From: an uncultured bacterium
Lineage (GTDB): Bacteria > Patescibacteriota > Patescibacteriia > Patescibacteriales > UBA12465
DNA: 43,002 bases
Assembly (NCBI GenBank): GCA_937983635.1
Contig: CALJZR010000027.1
Span: 1 to 43,002, forward strand
Direction of reading: 5' to 3'
The translations under genes were made by a program, and so were the position numbers. Below the pieces are notes generated by a model. That model saw only the letters and a list, made by a program, of their open reading frames with translations, searched no databases and had not been told where the DNA came from. Shown here piece by piece: positions 18,081-24,212 of the stretch (its first letter is position 1; each line of letters opens with the position of its first letter).

Positions 18081-18568
18081 AAGAATTTACGGTCGCTGCT
18101 AAGATCGATGAAGTCATCGACTTCTTCGATTAAGCGGGAAGAGCAGGTCTTACGGAAAGCCATTACTTCCACTAGACAGCCTTTATTGTTCTGCAGGTAG
18201 GATACTAACGGTAGATAATCACCGTCGCCAGAAACTAAAACAATCACATCTAATTTATCGGCAAGCTTGATCGCGTCAATTGCAATTCCTACATCCCAGT
18301 CAGCTTTTTTAGCACCGCCGGCAAAAATTTGCAGGTCCTTCATTCTCACTTCAAAACCTTGCTGGCTTAAAGCTTCAAAGAAGGCAGTTTCTTCCTCATT
18401 TTCTGCCCGGATAACATAAGCAGTGGCCCGGATCAATTTCCGGTCGGCCACTGCTTTGCTAAGTATTTCTTTAAAGTTAACGCGTCTGCCGTAAAGGTTT
18501 TTAGCAGAATGGTACATGTTGGCGACATCTATCAAGACGCCGACGCGCTGTTCTTTGTGTTTAATCAT
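18068..18568 (-). CDS. NYN/LabA-like (PIN-related) domain protein, predicted RNase
   Basis: 166 aa. Has VGVLIDVANMY...ATAYV...KADWDVGIAIDAI...DVIVLVSGDGDYLPLV, the acidic signature of the LabA/DUF88 NYN fold. Confidence 0.75.
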   Translation of the reverse strand: MIKHKEQRVGVLIDVANMYHSAKNLYGRRVNFKEILSKAVADRKLIRATAYVIRAENEEETAFFEALSQQGFEVRMKDLQIFAGGAKKADWDVGIAIDAIKLADKLDVIVLVSGDGDYLPLVSYLQNNKGCLVEVMAFRKTCSSRLIEEVDDFIDLSSDRKFLIGR

Positions 18569-18574
18569 AAGTAA

Positions 18575-18961
18575 TTATTCATTTTCTTCCGTCTCTTCTG
18601 GAATGATTTCTGCCACCTCTTCTTCATCTTCGTTGGTGACGCTATATTTCTTTTCTTTTAACTTTTCTTCCTCTTCTTCGGCTTGTAATTTTTGAGCAAT
18701 CTTTAACTTAAGCTTTTCAGCTAATTCTTTAAATTGATCAAAATTTTCTTTTTGTAAATATTTTAAGAGTTTGCGGCGCTCGCCTACTTTTTTCAATAAA
18801 CCGCGGCGGGAAGAGTAGTCATGCTTATGCTGTTTCAGGTGTTCGGTCAATTGTTTAATTTCTTCAGTTAAAATCGCAATTTGAACTTGCGGAGAGCCGG
18901 TATCAGTATCATGAACGCGGAATTTCTTAATGATTTTTTCTTTGTTTTTTTTATCTAACAT
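18575..18961 (-). CDS. rpsO: 30S ribosomal protein S15 with an acidic C-terminal extension
   Basis: From the ATG at 18961: [69 protein letters not shown]. About 40 additional Glu-rich residues follow. The tracked GTG start at 18997 is unlikely. Confidence 0.9.
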   Translation of the reverse strand: MLDKKNKEKIIKKFRVHDTDTGSPQVQIAILTEEIKQLTEHLKQHKHDYSSRRGLLKKVGERRKLLKYLQKENFDQFKELAEKLKLKIAQKLQAEEEEEKLKEKKYSVTNEDEEEVAEIIPEETEENE

Positions 18962-19032
18962 AGTTTTTTCGCTTTTTCCGAGAAAGGGGACTTGCACCCG
19001 TCTCCCAGAAGAAGTGGTTATTTATAAAACGC

Positions 19033-19293
19033 TTATTTCAGCGCGTTGATTTTTTTAGCCAAACGAGATTTCTTGCGGGCAGCATTGCCTTTTTTGATAA
19101 CTCCTTTTTTAGCAGCCTTGTCCACCGCCTTCATTACCAAGGCCAGGTCTTCTTTCACGCTCTTATCAGCCGCTTGCACTTTTTTTAGGCTCTTTTTGAC
19201 AGCGGTTTTCATGACGTTTTTAACTTTGAGATTGGCGGCTTCTCTCTTTACGCTCTTGCGCAGTTCTTTTTTCGCCGATTTCTTATTAGGCAT
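19033..19293 (-). CDS. rpsT: 30S ribosomal protein S20
   Basis: 86 aa. Lys/Ala-rich, with KSAKKELRKSVKR...NLKVKN...KGVIKKGNAARKKSRL. Confidence 0.85.
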   Translation of the reverse strand: MPNKKSAKKELRKSVKREAANLKVKNVMKTAVKKSLKKVQAADKSVKEDLALVMKAVDKAAKKGVIKKGNAARKKSRLAKKINALK

Positions 19294-19414
19294 ACAAAAT
19301 TTTTGATAAATTAGGTAAATTATTAAAAGTATTCTTATGTTAGCACAAAACTAAACAAAAATCAAGACCCAGTTAGGACTGATTTTGGGGTGATATTATT
19401 GTAAAAATGAGCTT

Positions 19415-19678
19415 TTATCCTAGAGAAATTATTTGCAATCCCTTTTCTCTGATTTCCTCTTCCGTCCAGAAGAGTTTTTCAATCTTAAATTGATTTACTC
19501 CCAGGACTTTTTTCTCTAATGTTCGCCCAGTATATTCTTTAGTTTCGGGGTTATATTCTTTCAAAACTAACAAATCGCCAGTCTTGATTATAAAGTCGTT
19601 TAAACGGAGTTCGAAGGTTTTACTGCCGTCCATGATTTCTTGGAAATATTGAGGCAGAATTTTTTTCTTTATAATCAT
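19415..19678 (-). CDS. DUF3850 / ASCH-like small RNA-binding-fold protein
   Basis: 87 aa from the ATG at 19678. ILPQYFQEIMDGSKTFELRLNDFIIKTGDLLVLKEY....YTGR matches the remembered DUF3850 pattern. The tracked N-terminal extension runs through tRNA-Pro. Confidence 0.55.
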   Translation of the reverse strand: MIIKKKILPQYFQEIMDGSKTFELRLNDFIIKTGDLLVLKEYNPETKEYTGRTLEKKVLGVNQFKIEKLFWTEEEIREKGLQIISLG

Positions 19679-19685
19679 ATAAATG

Positions 19686-19759
19686 TCGGGGTACTGGGAC
19701 TTGAACCCAGAATCTCCTGCTCCCAAAGCAGGCGCCCTAGCCAATTAGGCCATACCCCG
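19686..19759 (-). tRNA. tRNA-Pro(UGG)
   Basis: Reverse complement cggggtatggcctaattggctagggcgcctgctttgggagcaggagattctgggttcaagtcccagtaccccga has anticodon loop uuUGGga. Confidence 0.9.
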
Positions 19760-19764
19760 TTATT

Positions 19765-20451
19765 TTAATTCTTGAATTTTTTCTTCAAAAAGTCAATCCA
19801 ACCAATTAGACGGAAAAAAAGAACGACGTTGTTTATTCTTAAATGGATTGTCCCGTGTTGAAGTTTATTTTTAACTTTACTCCGACTAGATTTGCTAATT
19901 ACATGACTTACTCGTAAGAAGTTATTATCATGCAAGCCTGTGGTTTTCTTCCAGAATTCTATATTTTTTGCATCGTCGTTGACGTTGTGAGACATTAATT
20001 GGACCTTGATATCAGATTTTTTTATTGGCAGGAACTTAAAGAAAAACTTTATCATCACTTTAATCATTTCTGGATCTGAGTTAGCAAAATCTATACTTTT
20101 CCACTTACTCCCTTCAGCACCTTTTTTATAGCCTTCGCCCCAATAGAGAGCCAAACCCGTCAGAAATAAAGGGTCATCAGAAAATTTTTTTGCTTCATTC
20201 TCGGCTTTTATTCTATTTTTTCCATGATTTTCTTGCGTTATTTTGCTTCTAAGTTTATTTCTTTGTATTAATTTTATTATTTTTGTAGACCGGACATGCT
20301 GGTTTATTTTTTCTTTTGACTGAGGGTTTAATTCAATATTTTTTAACCAAGAGCTTAAAGTGCTTTTGGGGACATTAAGGCTGTCCCTTATTTGGCTGTA
20401 AGTAAGACCGTTATATCTTAATTTTATCGCTGTAGTTTTATCTTTTCTCAT
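19765..20451 (-). CDS. HTH-domain protein with a LAGLIDADG-like motif, possible free-standing homing endonuclease
   Basis: 228 aa. The N-terminus has a resolvase-type HTH (LTYSQIRDSLNVPKSTLSSWLKNI). Residues ~96-107 read LTGLALYWGEGY (compare LAGLIDADG / LAGFxDGEG), followed by IDFANSDPEMIKVMIKFF. A hand count of a 100-nt sample gives ~31 percent GC. Confidence 0.4.
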   Translation of the reverse strand: MRKDKTTAIKLRYNGLTYSQIRDSLNVPKSTLSSWLKNIELNPQSKEKINQHVRSTKIIKLIQRNKLRSKITQENHGKNRIKAENEAKKFSDDPLFLTGLALYWGEGYKKGAEGSKWKSIDFANSDPEMIKVMIKFFFKFLPIKKSDIKVQLMSHNVNDDAKNIEFWKKTTGLHDNNFLRVSHVISKSSRSKVKNKLQHGTIHLRINNVVLFFRLIGWIDFLKKKFKN

Positions 20452-20498
20452 AAAAAAATGAACCCAATATTATCAATTTATCATGGGTTCATTTTTTT
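20452..20498. terminator. A/T-flanked hairpin between tRNA-Phe and the HTH ORF
   Basis: aaaaaa-atgaaccca-(17-nt loop)-tgggttcat-tttttt. On the minus strand the U-run abuts the ORF start codon. Confidence 0.5.
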
Positions 20499-20511
20499 GT
20501 CCACTTATTTG

Positions 20512-20828
20512 TGCCCCGGGTCAGAATTGAACTGACGACACAAGGATTTTCCTTTATTGGTGCTTAGGTTTCCCTAAGGATTGGACTATATCATCTCCGT
20601 TTTATCAAAAGATAAAGGGCGGAGTCGGGCGCTCGCGGCGGGGTTATTGTTGGGCTCACCCGCTAGTCTCTACACCTTCTTCAATCTAAAACCCGATTGA
20701 AGCTTGGCTCGGGATTGCCTGGCGTAAAACGCTGAAGGTTTCCCCGAATTCACCCGATTTTCATTCCAGTGTTTCCACTGAACGGACCGAAAATCCAGTC
20801 CTTTGCTCTACCACTGAGCTACCGAGGC
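20512..20828 (-). tRNA. tRNA-Phe(GAA), interrupted after U33 by a 245-nt intron (exons 20828..20797 and 20551..20512)
   Basis: The 5' exon is gcctcggtagctcagtggtagagcaaaggact and the 3' exon is gaaaatccttgtgtcgtcagttcaattctgacccggggca. Joined, they give a 72-nt cloverleaf. It has a 7-bp acceptor stem (one G-U), anticodon stem aagga/tcctt, loop cuGAAaa, variable loop gtgtc and discriminator A, as in E. coli tRNA-Phe. Confidence 0.9.
20552..20796 (-). ncRNA. Group I intron (IC3-like) in the tRNA-Phe anticodon loop
   Basis: P1 pairs exon ggacU with intron Ggucc (20788..20784). P10 pairs intron uuuuc (20793..20789) with 3' exon gaaaa. The terminal base is G at 20552. P2 is uucagug-GAAA-cacuggaa and P9 is cuuagg-GAAA-ccuaag. 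The core strings gagccaagc (20710..20702) and gaaggtgtagagactag (20679..20663) match the remembered Azoarcus tRNA-Ile intron. Confidence 0.88.
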
Positions 20829-20847
20829 CTGACTGAAAACAGATTAG

Positions 20848-20920
20848 TTGCGGGAGCTGGATTCGAACCAGCGACCTCCAGGTTATGGGCCTGGCGAGCT
20901 GCCAACTGCTCTATCCCGCT
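20848..20920 (-). tRNA. Initiator tRNA-fMet(CAU)
   Basis: Reverse complement agcgggatagagcagttggcagctcgccaggcccataacctggaggtcgctggttcgaatccagctcccgcaa has an unpaired 1:72 position, A11:U24, G-C pairs closing the anticodon stem and the 3' end GCAA as in E. coli tRNA-fMet. Confidence 0.85.
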
Positions 20921-20945
20921 ATTTTTTAATTTTTGAACGGCAAAG

Positions 20946-21019
20946 TGGGCAATGGAGGATTCGAACCTCCGACCTCAACATTATCAGTGTTGCGCTCTAA
21001 CCAACTGAGCTAATTGCCC
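20946..21019 (-). tRNA. tRNA-Ile(GAU)
   Basis: Reverse complement gggcaattagctcagttggttagagcgcaacactgataatgttgaggtcggaggttcgaatcctccattgccca has anticodon loop cuGAUaa. Confidence 0.9.
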
Positions 21020-21121
21020 TTAATTTTAGGAAAGTAACAATAAAAAATAAGTTTCTGGCAACTTCTTGATAAAATATAACAGAATAGAAATAAAAAAGCA
21101 AGCGTTTTTTTGGGCTGATTT

Positions 21122-22090
21122 TTAACTTAAATCTGCGGTTAACAGGAAGAGTTCGCTTTTGATATCAGCCTGACCTTGCTTATTTTTAAAATCAAGGAGA
21201 AGTAGTTTATCTAGATTGCTTTGGAGTTCGTTTAAGGAGAACTTGGCGCTTTGGCTTATACCCTTCTTTACTACGAAGGGGTGGAGTTTTAATTTGCTGA
21301 CGAGCTGGTTTTCACTTAGGCGTTCTTGAGATTGCATTACTTTGATTTGAAGCATGATTTTAAATTGGCGCTGGAACATGGCGAGTAGGTATTCCGCGCT
21401 TAGACCGGCGGCAAATTGTTCGGCCAAGAGCTGGAGGGCGGCTTTACTGTTTCTAGCCCCTAAAGCATCAGTGAGGGCAAAAATATTGTCTTCGATCTCA
21501 CCCTTTACCATCTCTTGGACTAGGGTGTTATCAATGATTTTCCCGTTACTGGCGGCTAATAATTTTTTAATTTCATTATCCAGGCGCCAGAGATCATTGC
21601 CGGTGCGGGCAATGAGCAAGGAGAGGGCGCTGGGGGTAATTTGCCCCTTGTGGTCGGCGATTATTTTTTTAGCCCAATCTAAGGTTTGAGTATTATTCAA
21701 AGGTTTGAATTCTTGGACAAAGGGCTGTTTTAAGAGCCAGGCGTATAATTTTTTTGCTTCTGCTTTTAATTTGGTAGGAGTAGTCTCTTCCTCGCTAAAG
21801 ACAATCGCATTATCTTCAGCCCCAGCATTTTTAGAGCACAATTGTAAAAGCAGGCTAAAAACTTCTTCATCTTTGTTGAGAAAAATGTTTTCAATAATTA
21901 CCATTCTTTTTTTGGTAAATAAAGAAGCGCCGCTGATTTTTTCTTGAAGTTCCTGGCGGTTGCTTTGCTTGCCGTCGAGCACTACTAAACTTTGCCCCAG
22001 GACGTCAACGGCGGCCATGAAACGTTCTTTTAGTTCTTTAAGTTTTTGCCGTCTTCGAAAAGAGTCGGCACCGTGCAGCAGAAAAATCAT
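21122..22090 (-). CDS. holA: DNA polymerase III delta subunit
   Basis: ~322 aa. Has IFLLHGADSFRRRQKL and an overall HolA-like helical C-terminus. The ATG at 22090 forms an ATGA overlap with the murI stop. The tracked TTG start at 22108 is less likely. Confidence 0.75.
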   Translation of the reverse strand: MIFLLHGADSFRRRQKLKELKERFMAAVDVLGQSLVVLDGKQSNRQELQEKISGASLFTKKRMVIIENIFLNKDEEVFSLLLQLCSKNAGAEDNAIVFSEEETTPTKLKAEAKKLYAWLLKQPFVQEFKPLNNTQTLDWAKKIIADHKGQITPSALSLLIARTGNDLWRLDNEIKKLLAASNGKIIDNTLVQEMVKGEIEDNIFALTDALGARNSKAALQLLAEQFAAGLSAEYLLAMFQRQFKIMLQIKVMQSQERLSENQLVSKLKLHPFVVKKGISQSAKFSLNELQSNLDKLLLLDFKNKQGQADIKSELFLLTADLS

Positions 22091-22908
22091 AGAGAAATTA
22101 TTTGCCAATCATCAATTTTTTTACCTAAAAAGCCTTCTCCTAATTTCAGGAAACTCTCCGGCTTATCAGTCAGGCAAAAGCGTCGCTTGCCTTCAAGTTT
22201 GCTAGTGCTTTTAAAATCAGGGTGGCGCTCTAAATACTCGCTCAGGCTGAGGGCGACAATTTCGCCGGGATCAGGCACGCGGCAATTTTTTCCCATTATT
22301 CGGCGTGCATCTTTAAGCAGGAAGGGGTAGTGGGTACAGCCTAAAATCAAAGTCTCCACCTTTTTATTTTTTAAAGGGTGTAGATATTTTTTAAGAATTT
22401 TATTACTGACATCTTTACCGGCAAAACCTTCTTCGATTAAAGGTACAAGCAAGGGGGCGCTGTTACTGATTATTTGCGCTTCTTTGTTTATTTTTTTAAT
22501 TTCATGTTCATAGGCGCCGGAGTTAATGGTGGCGCGGGTACCGATGACGCCAATTTTTTTGCTTTTAGCGGCGTATTCAGCTAAAGGAATAATTACTCCC
22601 AAGATGCGGCGGTCCGGATATTTTTTAGGAAGATATTCTTGTTGCAGGCGGCGGAGCGCTTGGGATGAGGAAGTATTGCAGGCAAGGATGACGAGACGGC
22701 AGCCTTCGGCAAAGAGAAAATCAACCGCCTCTTTGGTATAGCGGTAGATTACTTCTTGGGAATGGCCGCCATAGGGAACGCGGGCGGTATCACCTAAATA
22801 GAGATAGTCATATTGCGGCAGTTTTTTTAAAAGATGCTTAAGGACGGTCAAGCCGCCTAAGCCGGAATCGAAAACGCCGATGTTATTATTTTTTTTATTG
22901 CTGGGCAT
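22087..22908 (-). CDS. murI: Glutamate racemase
   Basis: From the ATG at 22908: NIGVFDSGLGGLTVL...YLGDTARVPYG...LACNTSS...LGCTHYP. The tracked N-terminal extension overlaps murD in another frame. Confidence 0.93.
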   Translation of the reverse strand: MPSNKKNNNIGVFDSGLGGLTVLKHLLKKLPQYDYLYLGDTARVPYGGHSQEVIYRYTKEAVDFLFAEGCRLVILACNTSSSQALRRLQQEYLPKKYPDRRILGVIIPLAEYAAKSKKIGVIGTRATINSGAYEHEIKKINKEAQIISNSAPLLVPLIEEGFAGKDVSNKILKKYLHPLKNKKVETLILGCTHYPFLLKDARRIMGKNCRVPDPGEIVALSLSEYLERHPDFKSTSKLEGKRRFCLTDKPESFLKLGEGFLGKKIDDWQIISL

Positions 22909-24211
22909 AGTATTTAAATTGATCACCGCGCTCTTTATAGTTTTTAAAAATGCCAAAACTGGCGCAGGCGGTGGATAAGAGAATGACATCACCGGCTTGA
23001 GCGGCTTGTCGCGCTTGTTTGACCGCTTGAGCCATGCTCTCGGCCTGATAGATTTTTTTGGGATCAAGACCAGCTGCTTTAACTTCTAATAAGAGCCGAG
23101 GAGTCGCTTCTCCTTTTAAGAGTACTAAAGCTTTCACTTTTTTGGCTATAACTTGTGCTAACGGTTTAAAATTTGCCCCCTTATCAGCGCCGCCGGCAAT
23201 TTGAATAATTGGCGCGGAGAAGGAGACTAAATCAAGGGCAGTACTTTCGGGAGTGGTTGAGAAGCTATTGTCAAAATATTTAATCCCGTTTTTTTCGCCC
23301 GCAAACTCTAAGCGGTGTTCTAGGTTTTTAAAATTTTTAATAGCAGCCGTATAGACTCCTTTCGGAATTTTTATCGCCTGGCTTAAAGCCACGGCTGCTC
23401 CGACATTTTCTTGATTATAGATTCCTTGGAGGCGGGAGCTTAAATCTGAGGCTTGGAAGTAGATAATTTTTCCTGGCATTGTTTCTTTTTCCAGCTTTGT
23501 CTGTAATTTTTTATTAGCAACTAAGATTTTATTATTTTGATGCTGGGCAACTTTAAGTTTAGCTTGCCAATAGGCATGGTAGGAACGGTGGTAATTAGGA
23601 TTTAAGGGGTCAGCGGGCGCTAGATGCTCTTTAAAGAGATTGGTAATGATAGCATAACGTGGACCGAAATTTAAATCTTCTAGTTGGAAGCTGGAGAGTT
23701 CCATCACTATCCAGTCATTTTTACGGATTTGGTCAAAGAAGCTAAAGGGAGCGACGCCAATATTGCCGCCCAGCCAGACGCGTTTTTTTGCTTTTTTTAA
23801 AATTGCCACCATTAAAGAAGCGGTGGTGCCTTTGCCCTTGCTCCCGGTTACGCCGATAGTTTTAGTGCTGGGACAAGCCGCAAAAAAATATTCCATCGCA
23901 CTGGTTACTAGGGTGCCGTGAGTTATAGCTTTCTGTACTCCGGGGCAGAGTAGAGGCCAGCCGGGAGAGCGAAATAAGACTTCAAAGTCTTCTAGGTCTT
24001 GGTTGAATTTAGCTTCTACCCGCCAAGCTAGTTTGGGGAGGTGTTTTTTTAGGGCAGGATTTGACTGGATGATTGCCTTTAACTGTTCTTCTGTTCTTTG
24101 GTCGCAGATAGTGACGGTATGGCGGTAGCCATGTTTAAAGAGCCAGGCTAAGAAAGCTTGATTTTCTTTGCCTAGACCGAGCAGAGCAATATTTTGGGAA
24201 TTGAGAAACAT
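22895..24211 (-). CDS. murD: UDP-N-acetylmuramoyl-L-alanine--D-glutamate ligase
   Basis: 438 aa. Has GVTGSKGKGTT and Mur ligase central and C-terminal domains (EHRLE). Confidence 0.92.
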   Translation of the reverse strand: MFLNSQNIALLGLGKENQAFLAWLFKHGYRHTVTICDQRTEEQLKAIIQSNPALKKHLPKLAWRVEAKFNQDLEDFEVLFRSPGWPLLCPGVQKAITHGTLVTSAMEYFFAACPSTKTIGVTGSKGKGTTASLMVAILKKAKKRVWLGGNIGVAPFSFFDQIRKNDWIVMELSSFQLEDLNFGPRYAIITNLFKEHLAPADPLNPNYHRSYHAYWQAKLKVAQHQNNKILVANKKLQTKLEKETMPGKIIYFQASDLSSRLQGIYNQENVGAAVALSQAIKIPKGVYTAAIKNFKNLEHRLEFAGEKNGIKYFDNSFSTTPESTALDLVSFSAPIIQIAGGADKGANFKPLAQVIAKKVKALVLLKGEATPRLLLEVKAAGLDPKKIYQAESMAQAVKQARQAAQAGDVILLSTACASFGIFKNYKERGDQFKYYAQQ

Positions 24212-24212
24212 A

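Noticed and set aside
20829-20945. I checked whether the other tRNAs of the Ile-fMet-Phe cluster also carry introns or are fragments.
   Set aside because: tRNA-Ile(GAU) and tRNA-fMet fold as uninterrupted 73-74-nt cloverleaves. The spacers of 18 and 25 nt are too short for further elements.
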